From an uncultured Christensenellaceae bacterium (GTDB lineage Bacteria; Bacillota; Clostridia; Christensenellales; MGBC116941), in assembly GCA_910585035.1 (NCBI GenBank), contig CAJUEF010000004.1:1499-65498 (forward strand): a stretch of DNA of 64,000 nucleotides. Reading direction: 5' to 3'. The position numbers were made by a program, and so were the translations under genes. Under the pieces are notes generated by a model. It searched no databases. It was not told the origin of the DNA and worked only from the letters and a program-made list of their open reading frames with translations. Below, in pieces: positions 20,505 through 29,311 of this stretch (position 1 is its first letter; every line of letters starts with the position of its first letter).

Positions 20505-22070
20505 ATGAATGTGTTGATGTATGACGCAACATTAAGGGAAGGCGCCCAGGGGGTTGGGGCATCCTTTAGCGTTAATGATAAGATAAAAATAGCGGTTATG
20601 CTGGATAAACTTGGCGTACCTTTTATTGAGGCGGGAAATCCATCCTCAAATCCCAAGGATAAAGAGTTTTTTGACAGGATAAAAAAACATGAAATGAAAA
20701 ACTCAAAGTTGGTTGCCTTTGGAGCAACTGCCAGAAAAGGCGTAAAGCCTGAGGAGGACGAGGGATTAAAGGCGCTTTTGAGCGCAGATACCGAGTATGT
20801 TGCTGTGTTTGGAAAGGCTTGGGATTTTCATGCAACAGAAATATTGAAAATAAGTCCAAAGGAAAATTTAGAACTTATTGGCAATACTATTAAGTACCTT
20901 TGCAGTAAAGGGAAAAAGGTGTTTTTTGATGCGGAGCATTTTTTTGATGGGTATAAGAATAATAGTGATTATGCTTTAAAGGTGCTGGAAACGGCTGAGA
21001 AATCCGGCGCCTACAGACTGGCGCTTTGCGACACCAACGGCGGTTGTTTTCCCCATGAGATAAGCGAAATTACGTGTGCAGTGGTGGAGCGTTTTGGGGA
21101 TATAATAGGAATTCACTGTCATAATGACACGAATATGGCGGATGCCAATTCCATTGCGGCAGTGAGAAGCGGCGCAAAAATGGTGCAGGCGACTATTAAC
21201 GGCATTGGCGAGCGTTGCGGCAACTGTAATCTTTGCACTATTATACCAAGCCTTCAGCTTAAGCTGGGTTATTCCTGCATTGACGGGGAAGCCCTTAAAG
21301 GAATTACAAAATTCAGCCGCCAGTTCAGCGAGATAGCAAATATAAGTTTAGACGCGAAGACACCTTACGTGGGCAAAAACACCTTTAAGCATAAGGGAGG
21401 AATGCATATTGACGCTGTAAATAAAAATCCTCTTTCCTTTGAGCATATATCTCCGGATATGGTTGGTCAGTCAAGACAGTTTATTTTAAGCGAGGTTGCG
21501 GGGCGCGTGGCTGTTATAGATAAGGCAAAGTCCATACTTCCAGGCATTGAAAAATCCAGCCCTATAGCTGTGAAAATACTGGATAGGCTGAAAGAGCTTG
21601 AAAACAAAGGCTACGTTTACGAGGAGGCAAACGCATCCTTTGAGCTGGAGATAAAAAGAATTGCAGGCTTAAAAAAGAACTGGTATGAGGTTAAGGAGTT
21701 TAAGGTCGTAACCGACAAGCCGAAGAAAAGAGGTATGGGGGTTGCATATGCTATAGTTGAGGCGGAAGTAGACGGAGAGGTTAAAATTACGGGAGGAAAG
21801 GGCAACGGTCCTGTTAATGCTCTTGATAAAGCTATGAGAAGCGCTCTTGAAGTATTCTTTCCGTGTCTTAAAGAAGTTGTGCTGACTGATTATAAGGTTA
21901 GAGTGCTGGATTCACGGCATGCTTCCGCTTCAAAGGTAAGGGTGCTTATTGAAAGCACGGACGGCACGGATACATGGAGCACTGTGGGCGTGTCTGACGA
22001 CGTTATTACCGCAAGCTATATTGCTCTTACTGACAGTATCGAATACAAACTGGACAAGGAGGAGAAATAA
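20505..22070 (+). CDS. cimA: (R)-citramalate synthase (LeuA/CimA family, CimA-type)
   Basis: N-terminus [51 protein letters not shown] follows the remembered CimA pattern rather than the LeuA DTTLRDGEQ pattern. The 521-aa length includes a C-terminal LeuA-dimer-like regulatory domain. The CimA versus LeuA distinction is inferred, not tested. Confidence 0.75.
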   Translation: MNVLMYDATLREGAQGVGASFSVNDKIKIAVMLDKLGVPFIEAGNPSSNPKDKEFFDRIKKHEMKNSKLVAFGATARKGVKPEEDEGLKALLSADTEYVAVFGKAWDFHATEILKISPKENLELIGNTIKYLCSKGKKVFFDAEHFFDGYKNNSDYALKVLETAEKSGAYRLALCDTNGGCFPHEISEITCAVVERFGDIIGIHCHNDTNMADANSIAAVRSGAKMVQATINGIGERCGNCNLCTIIPSLQLKLGYSCIDGEALKGITKFSRQFSEIANISLDAKTPYVGKNTFKHKGGMHIDAVNKNPLSFEHISPDMVGQSRQFILSEVAGRVAVIDKAKSILPGIEKSSPIAVKILDRLKELENKGYVYEEANASFELEIKRIAGLKKNWYEVKEFKVVTDKPKKRGMGVAYAIVEAEVDGEVKITGGKGNGPVNALDKAMRSALEVFFPCLKEVVLTDYKVRVLDSRHASASKVRVLIESTDGTDTWSTVGVSDDVITASYIALTDSIEYKLDKEEK

Positions 22071-22071
22071 A

Positions 22072-23340
22072 ATGATGACTATGACGCAGAAAATACTGGC
22101 GCATTACAGCAAAAGAGACAAGGTTAATGTGGGTGAGATTTTAAGCTGTGACGTTTCCCTTACTCTGGCAAACGACGTGACTGCGCCCCTTGCAATAGAT
22201 GTGTTTCGTAAGACAGGGGTTAAGGATGTTTTTGATAAGGAAAGGGTTGCCCTTGTGCCCGACCACTTTGTACCCAATAAAGATATTGCTTCTGCAATGC
22301 AGGTAAAGAAAATGCGTGATTTTGCAAAGGAATACGAGCTGCCTAATTTTTTTGAGGTGGGCTGCATGGGGGTTGAACATGCCATAATTCCAGAAAAAGG
22401 CTTAGCCGTGCCCGGGGATTTAATTATAGGTGCAGATTCTCACACCTGTACCTATGGCGCTCTCGGCGCTTTTTCCACAGGCGTTGGCAGCACTGACCTT
22501 GGCTGCGCAATGGCAACGGGCAAGTGCTGGTTTAAAGTTCCGCCGACAATTCGGTTTAATCTTAGGGGCAGGCTTAACCCGGGGGTTACGGGCAAGGACG
22601 TAATACTATATATTATAGGTAAAATCGGAGTGGACGGCGCAGCGTATGCCGCTATGGAGTTTGGCGGCGACGGGGTTAAAACCCTTTCCATGGATGACAG
22701 ATTCACTATTGCAAATATGGCTGTGGAGGCAGGGGCCAAAAACGGTATTTTTGAGGTGGATGATGTTGCAATGTCCTATGCAAGGTATCACAGCAAAAGA
22801 GAACCAAAGGTGTTTACCCCCGATGAAAATGCAGAATATCTCGCTGTAATTGATATTGATTTGGAAAACGTGCCTATAACAGTGGCCTATCCTCATTTGC
22901 CATCCAACGCAAGGACTATAGAGCAGGCGAAAAAAGACCACATTGAAATTGACCAGGTGGTAATTGGCTCTTGTACTAACGGGCGACTGTCAGATATGGG
23001 CATTGCGGCAAAGGTACTTAGAGGACGGCATGTGGCAAAAGGAGTGCGCTGCATTGTAATTCCAGCTACCCAGCAGGTTTATAAGGACTGTATAAAGCTT
23101 GGGTATACAGATATATTTATTGATGCCGGATGTGCGGTGTCCACCCCGACATGCGGACCGTGTCTTGGCGGACATATGGGAATACTGGCAGAGGGCGAGA
23201 GAGCAGTTGCCACAACAAACAGAAACTTTGTGGGAAGAATGGGGCATCCAAAGAGCGAGGTGTATCTTGCTTCACCTGGTGTAGCTGCCATGTCCGCAGT
23301 GGCGGGATATATTACTGATGAAATAAAGGAGGATAAATAA
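22072..23340 (+). CDS. leuC: 3-isopropylmalate / citramalate dehydratase, large subunit
   Basis: [13 protein letters not shown]..., aconitase-family Cys ligands ([21 protein letters not shown]). ATG 22072 follows the cimA stop directly. The ORF-track start at 21949 would overlap cimA by 120 nt. Confidence 0.9.
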   Translation: MMTMTQKILAHYSKRDKVNVGEILSCDVSLTLANDVTAPLAIDVFRKTGVKDVFDKERVALVPDHFVPNKDIASAMQVKKMRDFAKEYELPNFFEVGCMGVEHAIIPEKGLAVPGDLIIGADSHTCTYGALGAFSTGVGSTDLGCAMATGKCWFKVPPTIRFNLRGRLNPGVTGKDVILYIIGKIGVDGAAYAAMEFGGDGVKTLSMDDRFTIANMAVEAGAKNGIFEVDDVAMSYARYHSKREPKVFTPDENAEYLAVIDIDLENVPITVAYPHLPSNARTIEQAKKDHIEIDQVVIGSCTNGRLSDMGIAAKVLRGRHVAKGVRCIVIPATQQVYKDCIKLGYTDIFIDAGCAVSTPTCGPCLGGHMGILAEGERAVATTNRNFVGRMGHPKSEVYLASPGVAAMSAVAGYITDEIKEDK

Positions 23341-23829
23341 ATGACAGTGTTTAAATACGGAGACAATGTTGACACAGACGTTATTATTCCCGCCCGCTAT
23401 TTGCAAATTGCCGATATAAAAGAGCTTGCAAAACATTGCATGGAGGATATTGACGGCAGCTTTGTAAAAAATGTGAAAAGTGGCGACGTTATAGTCGGAG
23501 GACGTAATTTTGGAAGCGGGTCATCCAGAGAGCATGCGCCCCTTGTCATAAAGGAAAACGGAGTTGCCTGCGTTATTGCACAGAGCTTTGCACGAATATT
23601 TTACCGTAACTGCTTAAACGTGGGACTGCCTGTTTTAGAGTGTAAGCAGGCTGCAAAGGAGATAAACGGTGGGGACGAGGTGGAAATAGACTTTGAAAAG
23701 GGAATTATAAAGAACATTACCACAGGAAAAGAATATGAGGCGGAAAAATTCCCTGAATTTATAAAAAGGCTTATTGAAGCGGGGGGTCTTTTAGAATATA
23801 CCAAGGAGATGGTTAAATGTACAAAGTAG
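23341..23829 (+). CDS. leuD: 3-isopropylmalate dehydratase, small subunit
   Basis: 162 aa with the aconitase swivel-domain motif [14 protein letters not shown]. The ATG abuts the leuC stop. Confidence 0.9.
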   Translation: MTVFKYGDNVDTDVIIPARYLQIADIKELAKHCMEDIDGSFVKNVKSGDVIVGGRNFGSGSSREHAPLVIKENGVACVIAQSFARIFYRNCLNVGLPVLECKQAAKEINGGDEVEIDFEKGIIKNITTGKEYEAEKFPEFIKRLIEAGGLLEYTKEMVKCTK

Positions 23830-24881
23830 CGCTGATAAAAGGAGACGGCATTGGCCCTGAAATTGTGGACTGCACTCTTATGGTTCTTAATAGGGTGTGC
23901 GAAAAGCATGGCATTGATATAGAATATGAAACTGCTCTTATGGGAGGAGAAGCCTTGGATGCTGTGGGCGTTCCTCTGCCTGATGAGACAGTGGCAAAAT
24001 GCAAAGAGAGCGACGCTGTGTTTCTTGGCGCAGTTGGCGGCGAAAAGTGGGATAAGCTTCCGGGGCACTTGCGCCCTGAAGCGGGACTGCTGGGTATTCG
24101 CAAAGCTCTTGGGCTGTATGCAAATCTGCGCCCTGCGGTTATGTATGAGGCTTTAAAAAGCGCATGCCCTTTGAGTCAAAAGTCCATAGAAGGCGGAGTG
24201 GACATAATGGTTGTGCGTGAGTTGACAGGGGGCATATATTTTGGCGAGCGTGGCAGCGGAGGAAAAGGCGAAGATGAGTATTCCTTTGATACGGAAAAAT
24301 ATACTGTAAAGGAAGTCAGGCGCATTGCCAAAAGGGCCTTTGAGCTGGCAATGGAAAGAAACAGGAAGCTTACAAGTGTGGACAAAGCCAATGTGCTGGA
24401 AAGCTCACGGCTGTTTAGAAGAGTGGTAAGCGAGGTTGCTGAGGAATATCCCATGGTGGAGCTTAATCACATGTATGCAGATAACTGCGCTATGCAGCTT
24501 GTGCGAAGTCCTGGGCAGTTTGACGTTATTGTGACTACAAACATGTTTGGAGACATTCTTTCAGACGAGGCTTCCATGATAACCGGTTCCCTTGGCATGC
24601 TGCCTTCCGCCAGTCTTGGTGACGGCAGGTTCGGACTTTATGAGCCAATTCACGGCTCTGCGCCTGATATTGCGGGAAAGGGAATTGCCAACCCTATGGC
24701 GTCCATTCTCTCCGCCGCTATGATGCTTAGGCATTCCTTTTGCGAAACTATTGCTGCAAGGGATATTGAGCAGGCTGTGGAAAATGTGCTTACTAGGGGC
24801 TGCCGCACTGCGGATCTAGCGACTGATAAAAACTATATGACTTCAATGCAGATTACAAAGGAGATTGTGAAAGAGATTTAA
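23817..24881 (+). CDS. leuB: 3-isopropylmalate dehydrogenase
   Basis: [42 protein letters not shown] and [14 protein letters not shown]. It overlaps leuD by 13 nt. Confidence 0.92.
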   Translation: MYKVALIKGDGIGPEIVDCTLMVLNRVCEKHGIDIEYETALMGGEALDAVGVPLPDETVAKCKESDAVFLGAVGGEKWDKLPGHLRPEAGLLGIRKALGLYANLRPAVMYEALKSACPLSQKSIEGGVDIMVVRELTGGIYFGERGSGGKGEDEYSFDTEKYTVKEVRRIAKRAFELAMERNRKLTSVDKANVLESSRLFRRVVSEVAEEYPMVELNHMYADNCAMQLVRSPGQFDVIVTTNMFGDILSDEASMITGSLGMLPSASLGDGRFGLYEPIHGSAPDIAGKGIANPMASILSAAMMLRHSFCETIAARDIEQAVENVLTRGCRTADLATDKNYMTSMQITKEIVKEI

Positions 24882-24884
24882 TTT

Positions 24885-24950
24885 CCATCTTTCTTTTACT
24901 TTTTACTTTTTCTTTTAAAAAAGAAAAAGTAACAAAAAGAAAATTATGAA
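24885..24950 (-). repeat. family A hairpin repeat, copy 6 (reverse orientation)
   Basis: Perfect palindrome ttactttttctttt (24903-24916) / aaaagaaaaagtaa (24919-24932). The flank caaaaagaaaat is the reverse complement of ATTTTCTTTTTG. Confidence 0.8.
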
Positions 24951-24971
24951 ATTAGAATAGTAAGCAGCAAT

Positions 24972-25006
24972 AAAAAAACCACGGAGACAGCAATTCCGTG
25001 GTTTTT
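24972..25006. terminator. bidirectional intrinsic terminator (leuB + / XRE gene -)
   Basis: An A run, then ccacgga (24979-24985) / tccgtgg (24995-25001), then a T run. Confidence 0.75.
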
Positions 25007-25044
25007 ATTTTGCATTATATACGAAAAATATTTATAAAATAATT

Positions 25045-25389
25045 TTAATTATTAGTTTGTTTTTGCGATTGCATTTCATTTTGCGCTATTAATAAATCGT
25101 TAGCTACTTTAATGAGGTAATCCTGCAAAGGAGGACAAAGCTTATTAAAGATTTCTAAAAGGTCCTGCTGCTTTTTCTGGTTGTCCAAAAACATTTCTCC
25201 TTCGCCTGTACGAAACCAATGTTCATTTACGGAAAATTGAGAGCAAATGATTTTAATATTTTGTTCCGTTATTTTAGAACCGGCTGTTTCCAGATAACTG
25301 ACAGTATTTTGTTTTAGACCAATTTTTTCAGCAAAGACTTTTTGGCTAAGTTTTAACGCTTTTCTAAGCTCTTTAATACGTTTGTTCAT
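25045..25389 (-). CDS. XRE-family helix-turn-helix transcriptional regulator (phage-repressor-like)
   Basis: IKELRKALKLSQKVFAEKIGLKQNTVSYLE is an HTH_XRE motif. The C-terminal part has no recognisable domain. Confidence 0.85.
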   Translation of the reverse strand: MNKRIKELRKALKLSQKVFAEKIGLKQNTVSYLETAGSKITEQNIKIICSQFSVNEHWFRTGEGEMFLDNQKKQQDLLEIFNKLCPPLQDYLIKVANDLLIAQNEMQSQKQTNN

Positions 25390-25455
25390 TACTATACCTC
25401 CTATAATACAATATCAATAAATGCTAATAAAAGCAAGAAAAAAATCATGGAACAG

Positions 25456-25484
25456 TTGACAACTATCAACATTTAAGATATTAT
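25456..25484 (+). promoter_or_regulatory. candidate sigma-A promoter with an overlapping inverted repeat (operator-like)
   Basis: TTGACA (25456-25461), a 17-nt spacer, then TATTAT (25479-25484). The inverted repeat gatattat (25477-25484) / ataatatc (25492-25499) overlaps the -10. The region lies between the divergent XRE gene and the small ORF. Confidence 0.5.
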
Positions 25485-25531
25485 CAAGTTAATAATATCT
25501 ATAATTGATGAATTAAAAAGAAGGTTTTAAT

Positions 25532-25714
25532 ATGGCAAGTAAAAATAATGATATACAATCTATTTTTAATAAACTCTCTGAACAAAACAAAGATATATTA
25601 ATTTTGGTAGCAACAAGCGTGAAAGTTGCACAGGATATAAACGAGCAAAATAAAAAAACAAGTAAAAACATTAGTCAGGTATCTTGTAAAATTAATAATC
25701 TAAGTGAAGAATAA
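25532..25714 (+). CDS. hypothetical small protein (60 aa)
   Basis: The ORF has a plausible RBS (gaagg) and lies downstream of the candidate promoter. There is no recognisable motif and the composition is low-complexity N/K-rich. Confidence 0.4.
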   Translation: MASKNNDIQSIFNKLSEQNKDILILVATSVKVAQDINEQNKKTSKNISQVSCKINNLSEE

Positions 25715-25757
25715 AAGGTAATATTTTGGAAAAGCAAAATAAAGGAAGTGAAAATAA

Positions 25758-26048
25758 ATGAAATCTCTTGGTCTTGTGCGTAAGGTGGACTGTTTGGGAA
25801 GAATTACAATTCCCAAAAGAATAAGAGAAGCCTGTAATATTCAAAAAGGCGATTATCTTGAAATATGTTTAAATAATCAATCAGAAATTATTTTTGTGCC
25901 ATGGCCAAACAAGTCGTATTCAAATATGGGAAATAAGGCAGAGGTTTTCAGGTCTAATCTGATTAATAAATTTGCTGAACAAAAAAATATAAATATTGAA
26001 AAAATTATTGAAATAATTGAAAATGAATATAAAAATTTAGATAATTAA
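25758..26048 (+). CDS. AbrB/MazE/SpoVT-family DNA-binding domain protein
   Basis: The N-terminus LVRKVDCLGRITIPKRIREACNIQKGDYLEI is a swapped-hairpin AbrB-type motif. RBS aaaggaag is present. Confidence 0.75.
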   Translation: MKSLGLVRKVDCLGRITIPKRIREACNIQKGDYLEICLNNQSEIIFVPWPNKSYSNMGNKAEVFRSNLINKFAEQKNINIEKIIEIIENEYKNLDN

Positions 26049-26127
26049 ATTACCTAATTTTTATTTTAAATTTTTTAATTTAAATATCATATTTTTTTGC
26101 CTGTATTAAATAATTCTTAAATTTTAT

Positions 26128-26150
26128 AACGCTTTAACAAGCGTTTTTTT
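26128..26150 (+). terminator. intrinsic terminator after the AbrB-like gene
   Basis: aacgctt (26128-26134) / aagcgtt (26139-26145) followed by a T7 run. Confidence 0.65.
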
Positions 26151-26253
26151 ACTTTCTGTCCCTGTTTTTTTTAAAAGAAATACATTATTAATAAAGTGTG
26201 TTTGTTATGGGAATGTCTATAATAAATGCACAAATACTTATTTGAGGATAATT

Positions 26254-26513
26254 AAGTTTTCTTTTGCTTACTTTTCTTTTTCTTAAAAGAAAAAATAATA
26301 AAATGTTTTTGTGGGTGAAATGACTATATAAAAGGAAAAAATTGTTTTAGAGGGTGAAATAAGTTTTCTTTTGCTTACTTTTCTTTTTCTTAAAAGAAAA
26401 AATAATAAAATGTTTTTGTGGGTGAAATGGCTATATAAAAGGAAAAAGTTGTTTTAAAGGGTGAAAATAAGTTTTCTTTTGCTTACTTTTCTTTTTCTTA
26501 AAAGAAAAGTAAG
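26254..26513 (+). repeat. tandem array (about 2.4 units of 107-108 bp), each unit starting with a family A hairpin repeat
   Basis: aagttttcttttgcttacttttctttttcttaaaagaaaa recurs at 26254, 26361 and 26469. Units 1 and 2 are near-identical. Only unit 3 keeps the perfect stem cttacttttctttt (26482-26495) / aaaagaaaagtaag (26500-26513). Confidence 0.9.
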
Positions 26514-26617
26514 AATTCATTGCTCTAATAATTATTATGTATTATAATAATTATCATACAAATATGCTTATATATAAAGCTTTGAAATAATCGTAATTAC
26601 TAAGAAGGAGATGTGTT

Positions 26618-27310
26618 ATGCAATATTCAAAGGAACTTGAAGAGATGGAATGTGTGCTTCAGGGTACTAACCACGGTCCTGCTCCTATTCCCGTAGAGGG
26701 CAAGTGGGTGCAGTCTACTCAGATAAGCGATGTAAGCGGTCTTACTCACGGGGTGGGCTGGTGCGCACCTCAGCAGGGCGGCTGTAAGCTTACGCTTAAT
26801 GTTAAAAACGGAATAATAGAGGAAGCTCTTATCGAAACAATAGGATGCAGCGGAATGACTCACAGCGCAGCAATGGCAAGTGAGATACTTCCCGGCAAAA
26901 CTCTCCTAGAGGCTCTTAATACCGACCTTGTATGCGACGCTATTAACTGCGCTATGAGAGAGCTGTTTTTGCAAATAGTATACGGCCGCACTCAAACAGC
27001 TTATTCACAGGGTGGTTTGCCTGTAGGCGCAGGCCTGGAAGATTTGGGCAAGGGCCACAGAAGCCAGGTTGGAACCATGTATGGCAGCAGGCTCAAAGGC
27101 GCAAGGTATATGGAAATGGCGGAAGGCTATGTGCTGGAAATCGGTCTTGATGAAAACAGTGAAATAATTGGTTATAAGTTTGTCAACATCGGTAAAATGA
27201 TGGACGCTATAAAAAAAGGAGTCGACCCTAAAAAGGCATTTGAAGATAATGTGGGAACTTACGGACGCATTGACGAAGCTGCAAAGCTAATCGACCCTAG
27301 AGAGAAATAG
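26618..27310 (+). CDS. IscU/NifU-like Fe-S scaffold-domain protein with a unique C-terminal extension of about 100 aa
   Basis: GVGWCAPQQGGCKLTLNVKNGIIEEALIETIGCSGMTHSAAMASEILPGKTLLEALN..LVCDAINCAMREL parallels the IscU layout (a Cys before the first strand, GC...A.S, a late Cys). RBS aaggag is present. Confidence 0.7.
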   Translation: MQYSKELEEMECVLQGTNHGPAPIPVEGKWVQSTQISDVSGLTHGVGWCAPQQGGCKLTLNVKNGIIEEALIETIGCSGMTHSAAMASEILPGKTLLEALNTDLVCDAINCAMRELFLQIVYGRTQTAYSQGGLPVGAGLEDLGKGHRSQVGTMYGSRLKGARYMEMAEGYVLEIGLDENSEIIGYKFVNIGKMMDAIKKGVDPKKAFEDNVGTYGRIDEAAKLIDPREK

Positions 27311-27324
27311 GAGGAATAAAGACA

Positions 27325-28323
27325 GTGATACAATTTGAAGGTTATGATAGAAGAATAGATAACATCAATGCTGTTTTAAAGGAAAACGGTTTTTCCTCTC
27401 TTGAAGAGGTGAAGCAGCTTTGCGAGAGCAAAGGCATTGACGTGCATAAAATTGTTTTCGGAGTGCAGCCAATTGCGTTTGAAAATGCCGCATGGGCATA
27501 CACTCTTGGTGCGGCTATTGCCATTAAAAGAGGGGTTAATAAGGCGAGTGACGCAGCAGCCGTAATTGGCGAAGGCTTGCAGGCGTTTTGTGTTCCGGGC
27601 AGCGTGGCTGACCAGAGAAAGGTTGGCAGAGGCCATGGAAATCTTGGAGCAATGCTTTTAAGAGAAGAAACAGACTGTTTTGCTTTCCTTGCGGGACATG
27701 AATCCTTTGCGGCGGCAGAGGGAGCAATAGGCATTGCAAGGGCTGCAAACAAGGTTAGGCAAAAGCCTCTTAGGGTAATTTTAAACGGCCTTGGAAAAGA
27801 CGCTGCTTACATTATAAGCCGTATAAACGGTTTTACTTTTGTGGATACCAAGTTTGATTATGACACTGATAGCCTAAGTGTGGTATCGGAAAAAGCATTT
27901 TCCAAAGGCGAAAGAAGCAAGGTTCGCTGCTATGGCGCCAACGATGTCAGAGAAGGCGTTGCTATCATGATTAAAGAGGGCGTGAACGTGTCAATTACAG
28001 GCAATTCCACAAATCCTGTGCGTTTTCAGCATCCTGTTGCCGGCACTTATAAAAAGTGGGCGGTGGAAAACGGCTTTAAATATTTTTCTGTGGCATCAGG
28101 AGGAGGAACAGGAAGAACGCTGCATCCTGATAATATGGGTGCAGGGCCTGCATCCTACGGGCTTACCGATACCATGGGAAGAATGCACTGTGACGCCCAG
28201 TTTGCAGGGTCATCCTCTGTTCCCGCTCATGTTGATATGATGGGGCTTATAGGTATGGGCAACAACCCAATGGTGGGAACCACCGTTGCCGTTGCCGTTG
28301 CCGTTGAAGAGGCAATGAAATAA
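27325..28323 (+). CDS. GGGtGRT-motif protein (uncharacterised conserved family)
   Basis: GTG start 9 nt after AGGAGG. The motif SGGGTGRT is encoded at 28096-28119 (GGGTGRT at 28099-28119). I recall a family named after this motif with no assigned function. There are no TM segments. Confidence 0.7.
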   Translation: MIQFEGYDRRIDNINAVLKENGFSSLEEVKQLCESKGIDVHKIVFGVQPIAFENAAWAYTLGAAIAIKRGVNKASDAAAVIGEGLQAFCVPGSVADQRKVGRGHGNLGAMLLREETDCFAFLAGHESFAAAEGAIGIARAANKVRQKPLRVILNGLGKDAAYIISRINGFTFVDTKFDYDTDSLSVVSEKAFSKGERSKVRCYGANDVREGVAIMIKEGVNVSITGNSTNPVRFQHPVAGTYKKWAVENGFKYFSVASGGGTGRTLHPDNMGAGPASYGLTDTMGRMHCDAQFAGSSSVPAHVDMMGLIGMGNNPMVGTTVAVAVAVEEAMK

Positions 28324-28365
28324 CAAAGGCAGTATAAAAGATGTGACTGCTAAGAGGTGGTTCTT

Positions 28366-28596
28366 ATGAAACAGAATAAAGGAGGAGCAATTCTCTGGGG
28401 CGGAATAGTGGTTGCTCTGGAACTGATATTTTTTCTCGGTCTTATTGTTGCCGCTTTTGCATTAAAGGATATGGTAATGGCAATTACTGCAATACTTCCC
28501 TTGCTTGTTGCTGTTTTTACGGCTTATTTTCTATGGCAGAGGCTTGGTGAAATTAAGGAAGAGCAAAAGCATGGCGATGAATATGATAAATATTAA
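28366..28596 (+). CDS. small two-TM membrane protein
   Basis: 76 aa from ATG 28366 (RBS aagagg 8 nt upstream; the track's alternative GTG is at 28357). It has two hydrophobic helices and a charged C-terminal tail. Confidence 0.55.
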   Translation: MKQNKGGAILWGGIVVALELIFFLGLIVAAFALKDMVMAITAILPLLVAVFTAYFLWQRLGEIKEEQKHGDEYDKY

Positions 28597-28612
28597 TTAA
28601 AAGGAGAATATT

Positions 28613-28924
28613 ATGATTATTGTTACAGTGGATACGGTTTCCGGCAGACAGCTTGAAACTATGGGTTATGTTAAAGGAGCGACAGTGCGTTCAAAAAACC
28701 TTGGCAAAGATATTGGCGCAGGGCTGAAAACCATTGTTGGCGGCGAGCTTAAGGGATACACTGAAATGCTTAATGAGGCGCGCCAGGAAGCCGTTGCAAG
28801 AATGGTGGATGAAGCTATGGCTTTAGGAGCAGACGCAATAGTGGGTCTTAGGTTTTCCTCTTCAGCGATAATGCAGGGAGCTGCCGAAGTGGTGGCATAT
28901 GGAACTGCTGTAAAGTTTGTGTAA
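28613..28924 (+). CDS. YbjQ/UPF0145 family protein
   Basis: 103 aa. ...GYVKGATVRSKNLGKDIGAGLKTIVGGELKGYTEMLNEARQEA...GADAIVGLRF is the typical YbjQ_1 pattern. Confidence 0.85.
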   Translation: MIIVTVDTVSGRQLETMGYVKGATVRSKNLGKDIGAGLKTIVGGELKGYTEMLNEARQEAVARMVDEAMALGADAIVGLRFSSSAIMQGAAEVVAYGTAVKFV

Positions 28925-28935
28925 AAATTAAAAAA

Positions 28936-28970
28936 GTACGGCGCAGGAATTTTTGCGCCGTGCTTTTTTT
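28936..28970. terminator. bidirectional intrinsic terminator
   Basis: gtacggcgca (28936-28945) / tgcgccgtgc (28954-28963), with an A run before and a T7 run after. It lies between convergent operons. Confidence 0.8.
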
Positions 28971-28998
28971 AATAAAATAAATAGATTTAATCTTTTAT

Positions 28999-29295
28999 TT
29001 ATTCTTTGTTGGCTTTTTTAATTTTTTTCTTGGGACAGGTATAGTTTAAAACCTCGTGACTGTCGCATAACCCTTCTGTGGTTGGATCTGTGACTGCATT
29101 CCAAATACTTATAACTATAAGACCAAGCACATATGGATTTAGCGCTGCGCTTTTAAAAAGGTTAAAAACAATAGTCCAGGTTGTCAGGTCTTCAAATGTC
29201 AGCTTTGCATAAGTAAGCATGGGCATAATTATAGCGAGCAAAAGCTGAACAATGAATACAGGATTTTTAAACCTGACCTTCCAGTTTATTTTCAT
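28999..29295 (-). CDS. phage-type holin (phi LC3 / Phage_holin_1-like)
   Basis: MKINWKVRFKNPVF...NAVTDPTTEGLCDSHEVLNYTCP matches the remembered NWKVR.KN...DPTT.G..DS...L.Y..P holin signature. ATG 29295 is preceded by AAGGAGG. The longer track ORF (to 29490) overlaps the upstream gene. Confidence 0.8.
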   Translation of the reverse strand: MKINWKVRFKNPVFIVQLLLAIIMPMLTYAKLTFEDLTTWTIVFNLFKSAALNPYVLGLIVISIWNAVTDPTTEGLCDSHEVLNYTCPKKKIKKANKE

Positions 29296-29311
29296 TTTGC
29301 TAACCTCCTTG

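Noticed and set aside
21949-22071. The ORF-track start of leuC at 21949, a 41-codon extension overlapping the 3' end of cimA.
   Set aside because: The extension ([16 protein letters not shown]...) has no similarity to aconitase-family N-termini. The ATG at 22072 sits right after the cimA stop and begins the conserved MTQKILA... sequence.
26254-26513. The possibility that the regularly spaced repeats form a CRISPR array.
   Set aside because: The period is 107-108 bp and the sequences between the hairpins are themselves repeated, so there are no unique spacers. No cas genes occur in the window. It is a tandem duplication of a dispersed element.
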